From an uncultured Trueperaceae bacterium (lineage in GTDB: Bacteria; Deinococcota; Deinococci; Deinococcales; Trueperaceae), in NCBI GenBank assembly GCA_963727505.1, contig CAVSGP010000004.1, positions 736,001 to 800,000 on the forward strand: DNA of 64,000 nucleotides, given 5' to 3'. Positions 1 to 11,948 of the stretch are shown piece after piece (position 1 is the first letter of the stretch; every line of letters starts with the position of its first letter). The position numbers and the translations under genes were made by a program. Below the pieces are notes generated by a model, which worked only from the letters and a program-made list of their open reading frames with translations, had not been told where the DNA came from and searched no databases.

Positions 1-85
1 CCGGCGCCGCGAGCACCAACGCGGTCACCAGCGCCGTGACGAGCCGGACGACTCGACGGCCCCACGACCGCCGGGTTCCGGCCAT
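1..85 (-). CDS. 5' end of a secreted protein (partial, runs off window)
   Basis: ATG at 85 preceded by GGAG; reads MAGTRRSWGRRVVRLVTALVTALVLAAP, a basic N-region plus hydrophobic stretch typical of a signal peptide. Confidence 0.5.
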   Translation of the reverse strand, partial: MAGTRRSWGRRVVRLVTALVTALVLAAP

Positions 86-239
86 CACCGCTCCACCATC
101 AGCCCCACCGAACCATGTGCCAGCGTAGGCGAGCGGCGCCGGCGGGTTGGTGAGCGGTTGCACGCTCTCGCACCGTCGCGCCGCGATAGCGGGCGCCGTC
201 CGTGCCCGGCGCCTGCGCCCCGCCGCGCCCCGAACGCCT

Positions 240-767
240 TCACCACACGGGCAGATCGGGGTGGTCGGCGCGGCGCCACGGGCTGGGGATCTCGATCCCT
301 TCGCCCGCGAACACCGTCACCCGCCGACCTTCGATCTCGAGCACGACACCCTTCACCTGCTCGGGCCGGGTGAGGGTGTAGAAGAGCTGGTTGAGGCGTC
401 CGACCATCATGGCGCTGCCGCCTCCACGCTCGAAGGAGGCGGTCAGGTCGATGGTGAGCGTGCCGCCGGAGAGCTTCGCGTCCAGCACCTGCGTGTCGGC
501 GGGCACGGCGCTGCTGAGCCCCCGGGCCGCCTCGTCCGGGCTCGGGCCCGCCGCCAGTGCGGCGACGGCGCTCGCGGCCCGGGACGTGGCGTCGCCGCGG
601 CCCGCCCGCCGGTAGGCCGGCGCCAGCTGGAAGCTCGTGCCGTCGGAGGTGATGAAGTAGACGACCGTGTCGGGCAGGCGTTGCAGCGTGCGTACGGTGA
701 TGACGGCGACCAGCGCCAACAGGAGCAGCAGCGCCAACGCCACGACGCGCAGCACCACCGTACGCAC
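240..767 (-). CDS. GerMN domain membrane-anchored protein
   Basis: N-terminal TM helix, then VVYF...ALAAGP...SAVP...TIDLT..F..GGGS...QLFYTLT...V.LEIEG pattern of GerMN; GTG start just after the malic enzyme stop. Confidence 0.8.
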   Translation of the reverse strand: MRTVVLRVVALALLLLLALVAVITVRTLQRLPDTVVYFITSDGTSFQLAPAYRRAGRGDATSRAASAVAALAAGPSPDEAARGLSSAVPADTQVLDAKLSGGTLTIDLTASFERGGGSAMMVGRLNQLFYTLTRPEQVKGVVLEIEGRRVTVFAGEGIEIPSPWRRADHPDLPVW

Positions 768-771
768 GCGA

Positions 772-2478
<1,707 letters not shown>

Positions 2479-2509
2479 GCCCTGCTCCTGCCTTCTGCGC
2501 CGAACGGGG

Positions 2510-3934
2510 TCACTGCCCCGCCAGGCGCCTGGATTCCCGTTCGAAGTACGCGTAGTTCTGGTCGTCGGGCTTCAGCTTCAGAGCATGGGCGAAGGCGTCG
2601 GCCGCATCGGCATAGCGCCGCTGCTGGAAGTAGAGGCGACCGAGCGTGCCCCAGGCCGCCGGGAAGTCCGGGTTGGCCTTGGTGGCGGCCACGAGATCCT
2701 TCTCGGCGGCGTCGAACTGCCCCGACTGGTACTCCTGCACGCCCGCGACGAACGCCTTGCCGGCGTCGGCCCCGTAGTTGAGCTGCTGCTTGGCCTGGTC
2801 GAGGAAGTACTTGGCACGGCTGTCATCAGGGGAGCGCTGCAGCACCGCTTGCCAGTAGAGGACGGCGTCGCCGTAATTCCCGAGCTCCTGGCTGGTACGC
2901 GCGGCCCACACCCAGGCCTCGAGGTAGGCGTCGTTGGCCCGCAACGCCTTGACGAAAGCGTCGTTGGCGGCCTGGACCTGCCCCTTCTGGTAGAGCGACT
3001 GCCCGTCGTAGAAGGCCTTGCCTGCGTCCACGCCCCAGGTCGCCTCGGCCTGCGCGAGCTGGAGGAAGTAGGCGGCTCCCTGGTCGTTGGGGCGCGCCCC
3101 GGTGACCTGCTTCCAGTAGCCCACCGCGGTCTCCGGTCGCCCCAGGTCGAGGGCGGTCCGGCCGGCCCACACCGCAGCCTCGGTGAAGTCGGGGTTGGTG
3201 GAGAGCGCCTGCTCGAAGGCGCTCAGGGCCTGCTGTTTGTTGCCCTTGTCGTACAGGTCGAGGCCGCGCTGGTAGGCGTCGCTGGCGTTCACGCCCATGC
3301 TCACCTGCTGCTGCGTGCGTTGCAGATAGTAGCGGGCGGCCTGGTCATCGGGCTTCACGTCCACCAGTGCCTGCCAGAAGGGCAGGGCCTGGTTGGGATC
3401 GCCCTGTTCGTAGTAGATCCTTCCCAACCAGCGCAGCGCCAGCGGGTCGTCGGGAAGAACCTCGTGCACCTTTTGGTAGTACTGCAGCGCGGCCTGCTTG
3501 TCGCCGGCTTGATAGCGCAGGAAGCCGAGTTGCGTGCCCGCCTCCTCGAACATCGCGGTGTTGCTCGGGGCACCGGCCGCCAGCCCGCTCATGTCGCCCA
3601 GCGAACCGCCGTCGTTCAGGAAGGCGAGCCACATGTTGTACGCGCGCACGTACCAGTTGAGCGTGCTGTAGGTGCGGGCCAGGAACCGCTCGATGCCGGT
3701 GTCGTGGGGCGAGGCTTGCAGCGCCTGCTCCCCCAGCCGCCAGGCCTGGCTCCAGCGCGACTGGTCGGGGTGTGGCGGCTCGTTCTGGGCGACCGCCTGC
3801 TGCTGCGCCTGCTGGGCCTGCGTGAAGAGCTGTTCGGCATTGGGCGGCCGCTGGGCGAACGCGGCCGCCAGCAGACCGAGCGCAAGGACGGCGGTGAGCA
3901 GCGCGTCGACGCGCGTACGCTTGCCCTGCGTCAT
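2510..3934 (-). CDS. Exported tetratricopeptide repeat protein
   Basis: Signal peptide (…AAAFAQ), many TPR-like helical repeats (A..Y.KAL..NPD..EA); ATG at 3934 overlaps the upstream stop (ATGA). Confidence 0.85.
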   Translation of the reverse strand: MTQGKRTRVDALLTAVLALGLLAAAFAQRPPNAEQLFTQAQQAQQQAVAQNEPPHPDQSRWSQAWRLGEQALQASPHDTGIERFLARTYSTLNWYVRAYNMWLAFLNDGGSLGDMSGLAAGAPSNTAMFEEAGTQLGFLRYQAGDKQAALQYYQKVHEVLPDDPLALRWLGRIYYEQGDPNQALPFWQALVDVKPDDQAARYYLQRTQQQVSMGVNASDAYQRGLDLYDKGNKQQALSAFEQALSTNPDFTEAAVWAGRTALDLGRPETAVGYWKQVTGARPNDQGAAYFLQLAQAEATWGVDAGKAFYDGQSLYQKGQVQAANDAFVKALRANDAYLEAWVWAARTSQELGNYGDAVLYWQAVLQRSPDDSRAKYFLDQAKQQLNYGADAGKAFVAGVQEYQSGQFDAAEKDLVAATKANPDFPAAWGTLGRLYFQQRRYADAADAFAHALKLKPDDQNYAYFERESRRLAGQ

Positions 3935-4413
3935 TTCGATCGTGCGGTGAGCCATACGACCTCCTGTGACGTTCGAATCACGTACAGCAGGCGTTCTCCG
4001 TCGTTCCCCTGGAAGACGATGTGGGTGCGGCTCTCGGGACCGACCGTAGTCTCGGTGCGTCCCGACTGGAAGTAGCCATCGACAGCGAACGCCGTCTCGA
4101 TGTTGTGGACGTAACCGGCCTGCAATGTCTTGAGGAGACCGGTGGCCTCATAGACTTCCCAGTCCGTCCATTGGTCCCGGTCGGGCACGCGTGCGATGAC
4201 CGCTTCCGTGCCCTTCCCGACGGCCCGCAAGGTGCCACGGGGCAGGTGCAGCGACGGGTCGAACTGCGCGGAGATCGCGGTGCTCACCATGACATCGGCC
4301 AGCAGCTGGGCGTGCGCCAGCGGCGTCAGCGCGCCGGCCGCACACAGCACCACGAGGGCGAGCGTGCGCCCGAGAACACCGTGCGGGGGACGTACATGCC
4401 GGAGGACCATCAC
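3931..4413 (-). CDS. Hypothetical secreted protein
   Basis: Signal peptide ending AHA-Q; TAGACT -10 box 6 nt before the start; translationally coupled to the TPR gene. Confidence 0.7.
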   Translation of the reverse strand: MMVLRHVRPPHGVLGRTLALVVLCAAGALTPLAHAQLLADVMVSTAISAQFDPSLHLPRGTLRAVGKGTEAVIARVPDRDQWTDWEVYEATGLLKTLQAGYVHNIETAFAVDGYFQSGRTETTVGPESRTHIVFQGNDGERLLYVIRTSQEVVWLTARSK

Positions 4414-4544
4414 GTGCCGAGTCTACCACCGGTGCTTGAAGGCGCCATGAAGCCGTTGGCAGCCCGGGAAACCGCACGAGCGCTCGCCGCCGGGTAGCGC
4501 TGCCGCCCCGGGCGCCTGCAGAAGGCACGGTAGAATGCGGGTCC

Positions 4545-5858
4545 ATGTTCCAGAGTCTCGGCGATCGACTGCAAAGCGTGTTCGACGGCCTGCGCGGCAG
4601 AGGCCGCCTGAGCGAGGCCGACGTCAAGGCGGCGCTGCGCGAGGTGCGCATCGCCCTGCTCGAGGCCGACGTCAACCTCGAGGTCGCCCGCGACTTCACC
4701 AGGCGGGTGCAGGAGAAGGCCATCGGCTCCGAAACGCTGATGTCCCTCAACCCCGATCAACGCGTGATCGCCATCGTCCAGGAGGAGCTGGTGGAGGTGC
4801 TCGGCGGCAAGGCCGTGCAGCCCACCCTCGCCAACGATCGCAACGTCTGGATGCTCATGGGGCTGCAGGGGGCCGGCAAGACCACCACCGCCGGCAAGCT
4901 CGCTTACAAGTACAAAGGGCAGGGTCGACGGCCCTTGCTGGTGGCCGCCGACACCCAGCGCCCCGCCGCGCGCGAGCAGCTCAAGGTGCTCGGCAAACAG
5001 ATCGGTGTGCCGGTCTTCGAGGTACAGGACGACGAGTCGCCGGAGAGCATCGCGCGGCGTCTGGACGCCCACCTACGGCAGGACTACCGCGATCTGGTCA
5101 TCGTCGACACGGCCGGCCGCCTGCAGATCGACGAGGCCCTGATGGAGCAGCTCGCGCAGCTCCGCGAGCACATCGGTCCGAGCGAGCGCATCCTGGTCGT
5201 CGACGCCATGACCGGGCAGCAGTCGCTGCCGGTCGCCAACACCTTCGACGAGCGTGTCGGCGTCACCGGCCTGGTGATGACCAAGCTCGACGGCGACGCC
5301 CGCGGCGGTGCCGCGCTGTCGGCGCGGCACGTGACCGGCAAGCCCATCTACTTCGCCGGCATGAGCGAGAAGATCGACGGCCTGGAGCCCTTCCACCCCG
5401 ACCGCATCGCCGGCCGCATCCTGGGGATGGGGGACGTGCTCACCCTCATCGAGAAGGCCAGGTCGCTGGAGGGCGACGACGAGGAGCTGGAGTCGAAGAA
5501 ACTCTCCGACTTCAGCCTGCAGGACATGCTCACGCAGATGCGTCGGATCAAGCAGATGGGGTCGATCAGCGACGTGCTGAAGATGATCCCGGGGGCGTCG
5601 AAGATGCTGCCGGCGGAGGGGGTCGACGAGCGCGAGATCCTGCGGGTCGAAGCGATCATCTCCAGCATGACCGAGGAGGAGCGCCGCAAGCCCCGCCTGC
5701 TCAACGCCAGCCGCCGCAAGCGCATCGCCCGTGGCTCGGGAACGACGGTGCAGGACGTGAACCGCCTGATGCGCAACTACGAGGAGATGCGCAAGATGAT
5801 GAAGCGCATGGGCCGCCGGCCGCCGGGCAAGCGCATGCCCCCGGGCTTCCGCGGCTGA
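4545..5858 (+). CDS. ffh: Signal recognition particle protein Ffh
   Basis: [31 protein letters not shown] and the Met-rich M domain with [11 protein letters not shown]. Confidence 0.98.
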   Translation: MFQSLGDRLQSVFDGLRGRGRLSEADVKAALREVRIALLEADVNLEVARDFTRRVQEKAIGSETLMSLNPDQRVIAIVQEELVEVLGGKAVQPTLANDRNVWMLMGLQGAGKTTTAGKLAYKYKGQGRRPLLVAADTQRPAAREQLKVLGKQIGVPVFEVQDDESPESIARRLDAHLRQDYRDLVIVDTAGRLQIDEALMEQLAQLREHIGPSERILVVDAMTGQQSLPVANTFDERVGVTGLVMTKLDGDARGGAALSARHVTGKPIYFAGMSEKIDGLEPFHPDRIAGRILGMGDVLTLIEKARSLEGDDEELESKKLSDFSLQDMLTQMRRIKQMGSISDVLKMIPGASKMLPAEGVDEREILRVEAIISSMTEEERRKPRLLNASRRKRIARGSGTTVQDVNRLMRNYEEMRKMMKRMGRRPPGKRMPPGFRG

Positions 5859-5967
5859 CAGCGTGCGGCTCGAGCCGCACGCTTTGCGTCGACGCCGGGG
5901 AACCGTGTAGACTGGAACACTGCGACGGCTGCGGCGAAGGGCCGCCGGCCCGACCGACGGAGGAAGC

Positions 5968-6270
5968 ATGGTCAAGATCCGCCTGACGCGCATGGGCTCC
6001 AAGCGCAATCCCCACTACCGGATGGTGGTGGTGGACGCGCGCAAGAAGCGCAGCGCCGACTACATCGAACAGATCGGCTACTACGATCCTCGCGAGACGA
6101 CCGACAACGCCTTGCGGGTCGAAGCCGAACGGGCCGCCCACTGGCTCGAGCAGGGCGCCCAGCCCACCGACACGGTGGTCCGGCTGCTGGAGAAGGCCGG
6201 CGTGAGCGTGCCGGGCGTGCAGGCCAAGAAGCGGGCCGACTACGTCCGCCGCACGGAAGCCCGGGCCTAG
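5968..6270 (+). CDS. rpsP: 30S ribosomal protein S16
   Basis: [18 protein letters not shown]…IEQIGYYDP…[20 protein letters not shown]. Confidence 0.98.
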   Translation: MVKIRLTRMGSKRNPHYRMVVVDARKKRSADYIEQIGYYDPRETTDNALRVEAERAAHWLEQGAQPTDTVVRLLEKAGVSVPGVQAKKRADYVRRTEARA

Positions 6271-6294
6271 GCCGGGCCTAGGCGAGGCGCGCGT

Positions 6295-6525
6295 ATGCCG
6301 CTCGAGCTCGTCACCTTCATCGTCCAGAACCTCGTCGCCGATACCGAGCAGCTCGGCATCACGGCGCAGCGCAGCGACAAGGGTCTGCGCATCGAGATCC
6401 GTTGCGCGCCCGACGATGCCGGGCGGGTGATCGGTCGTGGTGGCCGCATCATCAACGCCATCCGCACGCTGGCGCGAGCCGCCGCCGACGGCCGCCAGCG
6501 CGTCGAGGTCCAGCTGATCGACTAG
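6295..6525 (+). CDS. khpA: KH domain RNA-binding protein
   Basis: GRVIGRGGRIINAIRTL KH motif; conserved position after rpsP. Confidence 0.9.
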   Translation: MPLELVTFIVQNLVADTEQLGITAQRSDKGLRIEIRCAPDDAGRVIGRGGRIINAIRTLARAAADGRQRVEVQLID

Positions 6526-6560
6526 GGCGCGAGGCTCATTGCCTGCCCGGGAGAGGGCGC

Positions 6561-7085
6561 GTGCCCGGAGATCCCACTGCCACCATCCCACCCGAAGGCC
6601 ACGTGAAGATCGGCCTTCTCGGGCGGGTATTCCAGCTCGAAGGCGGGATCCGCCTCCACTCGACGGCCTCGGTAGGGCCGCTCGCGCTCGACCAGGTCGA
6701 GCGCGTGTTCGTGGTCGGCTTCGGGCCGGCGTCGCTCCGCAAGGTCCGGCACGTAGGCGGCGGCCTGGTGCTCTACCTGCAAGGGGTACGCGACCGTGAG
6801 GCGGCCCAGCGGCTCACGGGCGCGGAGGTGTTCGTGCTGTCTTCCGCCCTGCCCGAAGACACTGCCGAGGACCCGGCCATGGCGCTGGAGGGCGCCGACG
6901 TCCATTGCGAAGGGCGCGTCGTAGGTCGCGTCCGCGAGGTCCGCTCCGACAGCAGCAACCCCCTGCTGGTGATCGCCACCCCGGCCGGCGAGGTGCTGGT
7001 ACCGCTCGCCGCTCCCTACGTGGTGGCGCGCTCGGAGGGCATCGAGCTGGTGGATCCTCCCGAGGGACTGCTGGACCCCGCGTGA
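6561..7085 (+). CDS. rimM: 16S rRNA processing protein RimM
   Basis: IG.LGRVF.LEG, GVRDREAAQRLTG, EVLVP and DPPEGLL motifs; synteny between khpA and trmD; start uncertain (6561 or 6603). Confidence 0.9.
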   Translation: MPGDPTATIPPEGHVKIGLLGRVFQLEGGIRLHSTASVGPLALDQVERVFVVGFGPASLRKVRHVGGGLVLYLQGVRDREAAQRLTGAEVFVLSSALPEDTAEDPAMALEGADVHCEGRVVGRVREVRSDSSNPLLVIATPAGEVLVPLAAPYVVARSEGIELVDPPEGLLDPA

Positions 7086-7095
7086 AGGTCGCCGC

Positions 7096-7833
7096 ATGAA
7101 GGTCACCGTCTACACCCTGTTCCCAAAGCTCGTCACCCCCTACCTGGACGAAGCGCTCCTTCATCGCGCCATCGAGCGGGGCTTGCTCGAGGTCGAGACC
7201 CGCGACCTGCGGCGCTTCGCCGGCAACCGCACCGGTCGCGTCGACGACGCCCCCTACGGCGGAGGCGCCGGCATGGTCATCCGCGTCGACGTGGCGGCCG
7301 CCGCGGTGCGCGAGGCGCAGCGGGACGATCCGCCTCCCGACGAGACGGTGCTGCTCTCCCCCGCTGGCCAGCCGCTCGATCAGGCCCTCGTCGAGCATTT
7401 CGCCGGCCTGCAGCATCTGGTGCTGCTGAGCGGTCGCTACGAGGGCTTCGACGCGCGCGCCGAGGGTCTCGTGACGCGAGAGGTGTCCGTCGGCGACTTC
7501 GTCCTGATGGGCGGCGAGCTCCCCGCGCTGTGCATCCTGGAGGCCGTGGCGCGGCTGCAACCCGGCGCTCTGGGCGACGCCGACAGCCATCTCCAGGACT
7601 CCTTCACCACCGGCCTTCTCGACTACCCGGAGTACACCCGCCCGCTGGCCTTCGAGGGTGCCGACGTGCCCGAGGTGCTGCGCTCGGGCCATCACGCACG
7701 CATCGACGCCTGGCGGCGGCGCGAGGCGCTGAAGCGCACCCTGAAACGGCGCCCTGACCTGTTGGAGCGCGCACCTCTGGACGACGAGGACCGCACCGTG
7801 CTCGCCGACCTCCGCACCGAACACGACGCCTGA
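7096..7833 (+). CDS. trmD: tRNA (guanine37-N1)-methyltransferase
   Basis: VDDAPYGGGAGMV, LLSPAG, GRYEGFD, GDFVLMGGE and LLDYPEYTRP motifs. Confidence 0.97.
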   Translation: MKVTVYTLFPKLVTPYLDEALLHRAIERGLLEVETRDLRRFAGNRTGRVDDAPYGGGAGMVIRVDVAAAAVREAQRDDPPPDETVLLSPAGQPLDQALVEHFAGLQHLVLLSGRYEGFDARAEGLVTREVSVGDFVLMGGELPALCILEAVARLQPGALGDADSHLQDSFTTGLLDYPEYTRPLAFEGADVPEVLRSGHHARIDAWRRREALKRTLKRRPDLLERAPLDDEDRTVLADLRTEHDA

Positions 7834-7874
7834 AGACACCAGCAGGGCGGCACGCGAAGCCGGAACCGACAGCG

Positions 7875-7912
7875 ATCGGCCCCGCTGCGAAGTGCTTCGC
7901 GGCGGGGCCGAT
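7875..7912. terminator. Long hairpin between convergent trmD and skp (likely bidirectional terminator)
   Basis: ATCGGCCCCGCTGCGAAG / CTTCGCGGCGGGGCCGAT inverted repeat with one wobble. Confidence 0.75.
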
Positions 7913-7938
7913 GGAGTCGGACTTGCGGGCGGGCGCGC

Positions 7939-8493
7939 CTACTGACCGGACGAGCCTCCGGACCCCGAGGAGCCCGAGGCCGGGATGGCGCCGTCCTTCT
8001 TCATCTGGTCGATGACCTGCGGCGTGATGTCGAGGTTCTGGTCGGCGTAGACGACCAGCCCGCTGCCGCCGCTGCCCGCGGCCCGGGAGTCCAGCACGAT
8101 CGTGTACCCATCTTGCTGAGCGACCTCCTTGATCGCCGTGTTGACGGCGACCACCGCCGGCTGCGCGGCGCTCTGGATGTCGTTCTGGTACCGCTTCTGG
8201 ACAGCGTTGAGGGTCGTGACCAGGGTCTGGTAGCGCTCGCTCTCCTGCGGCGTGAGCTGCTGCCCCTGCTGCTGCTTCTGGGCCAGCGTGTTGATCTTGC
8301 TACGGATGCCGTCGATCTCGGTCTGGGCCTGCTGCTTGAGCTGGTCAGCCTTCTTGCCGGCGGGGTGGGCGTTGATCGCGGCCTGCGAGTCGACGAAGGC
8401 GACGTGGGCGGGCTGGTTCGGTACGCTCGGGCTGGCCGCCACCAAGGCGACGAGCAGCACGGCGGCGAGTGCGACGAGGGTGAGTCTCTTCAT
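7939..8493 (-). CDS. skp: OmpH/Skp family outer membrane chaperone
   Basis: Signal peptide, VAFVD, Gln-rich coiled coil, AIKEVAQQDGYTIVLD…VVYAD..LDITPQV. Confidence 0.88.
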   Translation of the reverse strand: MKRLTLVALAAVLLVALVAASPSVPNQPAHVAFVDSQAAINAHPAGKKADQLKQQAQTEIDGIRSKINTLAQKQQQGQQLTPQESERYQTLVTTLNAVQKRYQNDIQSAAQPAVVAVNTAIKEVAQQDGYTIVLDSRAAGSGGSGLVVYADQNLDITPQVIDQMKKDGAIPASGSSGSGGSSGQ

Positions 8494-8627
8494 AGCGGGA
8501 GTAGTCTACCACCAGCATGATGAGAAGCTAGGTTGCAAGAGGTTACGTCTGTGTGCCGATCTCTCCCCTCTCCCCGCCCCGGGCCCCGCTCCCTCACCGG
8601 CTTCCGGCCCGTTCCGGCGGAACGTCG

Positions 8628-9776
8628 GTGAGCGCGGCAGTCGCGGTGCTGGCCGGCGTCCTCGGGGCGCTGGTCGGGAGCTTCGGCAATGTCGTCATCT
8701 ACCGCTTGCCGCGGCGCGAGTCGATCGTCTTCCCGGGCAGCCACTGCCCCACGTGCAACCACCGCCTGGGGCCGCTCGAACTCGTCCCGGTCCTATCGTT
8801 CCTGGCGCTGCGCGGCCGTTGCCGCGCCTGCGGGACAGCCATCAGCTGGCGCTACCCGGTGGTGGAGGCCGCCGTGGCAGCGTTGTTCGTGGCCCTGGTG
8901 CTGTACTGGCCCCCGCTCGACGTCGGGCTCAGCGCGCTGCCCTTGATGGTGGTGCTCGCCATGCTGCTGATGGCCGCGGTCATCGACCTCGACCACTTCA
9001 TCCTGCCCGACGCGCTCACGCTGCCGGCCCTGGCGCTGGCCGTGGCCGGCAGCATGCTCTATGCGCCAGGCTCCGGCCTGCCCGGCCCGGATGCCGCCCT
9101 CGCGGGAGCCGCCGCGGGCGCCGGCGTCCTGCTGCTGATCAACCGTCTGGGCGCCCTGGTGCTGCGGCGCTTCGGGGACACGCGCGAGCGCCTGTGGCCC
9201 ATCAGCCTGGACCAGGCCAACATCGCGGCGCTGGGTGGCGCGCTCGGAGGCTGGCAGATCGGGCTGGCGCTGGGCGCGGCCAGCCTGCTCGTCAACCTCG
9301 TCGCACGCCGCCCCGTACGCCTCCCGGAAGGACCGCTCTACGGTCTCTGGGCGGTCGCGCTGGTGCTGTCGACGACGAGCTTCACGATCCCACCAGCCGC
9401 TGCGCTCGGAGGCAGCGTGATGGCGGCCGGAACCTGGGCCATCGTCGGCGCCTTCTACTGGTGGCTACGGGACACGCTGGCCGGCGAGGACGGCGAGGCG
9501 GAAGCCGAGGACGACGCCGACGGCGAGCCGGTCGCGATGGGCTTCGGGGACGTCAAGCTGGCCGCGGTGCTTGGAGCCCTCCTCGGCTGGGAGGCGTTCC
9601 TGGTCGGGCTGCTGCTCTCCGTAACGCTGGGCGCGGTCGGGGGGATCATCGCCCGGATGTTCGGTGGCGACCGCGTCATCCCCTTCGGTCCGGCGCTCCT
9701 GGTCGGCGGCGTGCTGGCGTTGTTCTTCGGCCACGACATCGTCAACTGGTACCTGGGCCTGCTCGGCGTGGCCTGA
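8628..9776 (+). CDS. pilD: Prepilin peptidase / N-methyltransferase (A24A)
   Basis: GSFGNVVIYRLP, SHCPTC…RGRCRAC Zn motif, IDLDHFILPD, MGFGDVKL and IPFGP motifs. Confidence 0.93.
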   Translation: MSAAVAVLAGVLGALVGSFGNVVIYRLPRRESIVFPGSHCPTCNHRLGPLELVPVLSFLALRGRCRACGTAISWRYPVVEAAVAALFVALVLYWPPLDVGLSALPLMVVLAMLLMAAVIDLDHFILPDALTLPALALAVAGSMLYAPGSGLPGPDAALAGAAAGAGVLLLINRLGALVLRRFGDTRERLWPISLDQANIAALGGALGGWQIGLALGAASLLVNLVARRPVRLPEGPLYGLWAVALVLSTTSFTIPPAAALGGSVMAAGTWAIVGAFYWWLRDTLAGEDGEAEAEDDADGEPVAMGFGDVKLAAVLGALLGWEAFLVGLLLSVTLGAVGGIIARMFGGDRVIPFGPALLVGGVLALFFGHDIVNWYLGLLGVA

Positions 9777-9923
9777 GAAGACGCGCCGGACGCCGGCAGG
9801 ACGACGCGGGAGGCCGCTCACCGCGCGAAGCGACGCAAGCACACCGTGGTAGAGTCGGAACCATTCGCCCGGGCCGTCAGGGCCGCGCACGAGGCGCGAG
9901 TCGGGTCCCGGAGAGGGGTGCGC

Positions 9924-10871
9924 ATGGACGTCTTGCGAGTGCCGAGCCTGTCGGGGCGCGACCTGCTGTCGCTAGCCGAATTGAGCTCCGAGGAGTTCCA
10001 CGGCCTGGTCGACAGCGGGGTGCAGCTCAAGCGCGCCTGGAAGCAGGGCGATCGGCCCGAGCTCCTCAAGCACAAGACCATCGCCATGATCTTCGAGAAG
10101 CAGTCGCTGCGCACACGCTCCACCTTCGACATCGCCATGGCCCAGCTCGGCGGGCACTCCGTGCTGCTGAGCCAGAACTACATCGGATGGGGCGTTCGCG
10201 AGACCATCCGGGACGTCGCCCACAACCTCGAGCGCTGGGTGGAGGGCATCATGGCCCGCACCTACGGGCACGACACGCTCACCGCGCTGGCCCGGCATGC
10301 CGACGTTCCGGTCATCAACGCGCTGTCCGACCTGGCCCATCCGTGCCAGTTGCTGGCCGACTACATGACCCTGCGGGAGACCTTCGGCGAGCTGCGCGGA
10401 CTCAAACTCACCTTCGTGGGCGACGGCAACAACGTATGCAACTCGCACATCGAGGCGGCCACCCATGCCGGTGTAGAGCTGACCATCGCGTGCCCGGAAG
10501 GCTTCGACCCCGACGCCGGCGTCCTCGAACGCGCGCGGCAGCGCGGTGGCCACATCCGCATCGCGCGTGACCCACGTGAGGCCGCCGAAGGAGCCGACGC
10601 CCTGTACACCGACGTCTGGATCTCCATGGGCATGGAGGAGGCGGCCGAGGCCCGGCGCCGGGCCTTCGCCGGCTACACCATCACGCCGTCCTGGTTCGAG
10701 CTCCTCTCGCCGCACGGCGTGTTCATGCACGACCTGCCCGCCCACTACGGCGAGGAGTGCACCGAAGAGGCCGTCTATCACGAACGCAGCGTCGTCTTCG
10801 ACCAGGCCGAGAACCGCCTCCACGCCCACAAGGCCGCGCTGGTCCAGCTCCTGGCGGATCCGGAGGCATAG
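9924..10871 (+). CDS. argF: Ornithine carbamoyltransferase
   Basis: FEKQSLRTR, INALSDLAHPCQ, GDGNNV, TDVWISMG and FDQAENR motifs; HDLP replaces HCLP; clustered with argC/argJ. Confidence 0.92.
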   Translation: MDVLRVPSLSGRDLLSLAELSSEEFHGLVDSGVQLKRAWKQGDRPELLKHKTIAMIFEKQSLRTRSTFDIAMAQLGGHSVLLSQNYIGWGVRETIRDVAHNLERWVEGIMARTYGHDTLTALARHADVPVINALSDLAHPCQLLADYMTLRETFGELRGLKLTFVGDGNNVCNSHIEAATHAGVELTIACPEGFDPDAGVLERARQRGGHIRIARDPREAAEGADALYTDVWISMGMEEAAEARRRAFAGYTITPSWFELLSPHGVFMHDLPAHYGEECTEEAVYHERSVVFDQAENRLHAHKAALVQLLADPEA

Positions 10872-11948
10872 GTGAGCGGGAAGCTGCGCGTCGGCGTCCT
10901 GGGCGCGAGCGGCTACGGCGGCGCCGGCCTGCTCGAGCGGCTGGCGCGGCACGGCGGCGTCGAGCTGGTCGCCGTCGGCTCGCGTCAGTACCAGGGCGAG
11001 CCGATCGAAGCCTGCTGGCCCCAGTTCGCCGGGCTCTACCAGGGCATGCGTTTCGAGAGCAACGAGGCCGTGCTGGGAGCCTGCGAGGTGGTGTTCTGCG
11101 CCACCCCGCACGGCGCTACCGCGCCCCTGGTCGCGCAGGCGCTGGAGGCGGGCGTGTCCGTCGTCGACCTGTCAGCCGACTTCCGCCTCGACCCGGACAC
11201 CTACGCGCGCTGGTACGGCCTCGAGCATCCGCACCCTGCTCTCTACCCGCAGGCGCGTTACGGCCTGGTGGAGCTGCACCGCAACGAGCTGCCCGGCGCG
11301 CGCCTCATCGCCAGCCCCGGCTGCAATGCCACCGCCGCCAGCCTGGCGCTGGCCCCACTGGCCGCCACCGGCCACCTCGGTAGGAGCGCCGTGTGCGACG
11401 TCATGACCGGAGTGTCCGGCGCCGGACGGGCGCCGAGTCAGGCCATGCACTACACCGAGGTCAACGAGAGCGTCCGTCCCTACAAGGTGGCCGGAACGCA
11501 CCGCCACACCGCTGAGATCGAGGCCACCGTGGGCCGGGCACGTGCCGGCGGCAAACGCTTGTCGACCCATGAGCCCTTCACCCCCTACACCGTGAGCTTC
11601 AACCCGCACCTGGTACCCATGTCGCGGGGCATCCTGGCGACCTGCACCACGCAGCCCGTCGACGGCGACGAGCTGTCCGACAAGCGCCTTCTCGAGGTGT
11701 TCCGCGACTACTATGCAGACGACCCGATGATCGTGGTGCAAGAAGACCTACCGCAGACCAAGGCGGCCGCCGGTAGCGACCGCGCAGTGCTCAGCGTGCG
11801 CTACGACGCCCGCGCGCGCACCGTGGCGGCGTTCTGCGCCATCGACAACCTCGGCAAGGGAGCGGCCGGCCAGGCGGTGCAGGCGTTCAACGTGGCCTAC
11901 GGATTCGACGAGGCGGAAGGCCTCACGCAAGGGGGGATGTGGCCATGA
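10872..11948 (+). CDS. argC: N-acetyl-gamma-glutamyl-phosphate reductase
   Basis: GASGYGG, CATPHG, DLSADFRL, SPGC, GVSGAG and IDNLGKGAAGQAVQ motifs. Confidence 0.95.
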   Translation: MSGKLRVGVLGASGYGGAGLLERLARHGGVELVAVGSRQYQGEPIEACWPQFAGLYQGMRFESNEAVLGACEVVFCATPHGATAPLVAQALEAGVSVVDLSADFRLDPDTYARWYGLEHPHPALYPQARYGLVELHRNELPGARLIASPGCNATAASLALAPLAATGHLGRSAVCDVMTGVSGAGRAPSQAMHYTEVNESVRPYKVAGTHRHTAEIEATVGRARAGGKRLSTHEPFTPYTVSFNPHLVPMSRGILATCTTQPVDGDELSDKRLLEVFRDYYADDPMIVVQEDLPQTKAAAGSDRAVLSVRYDARARTVAAFCAIDNLGKGAAGQAVQAFNVAYGFDEAEGLTQGGMWP

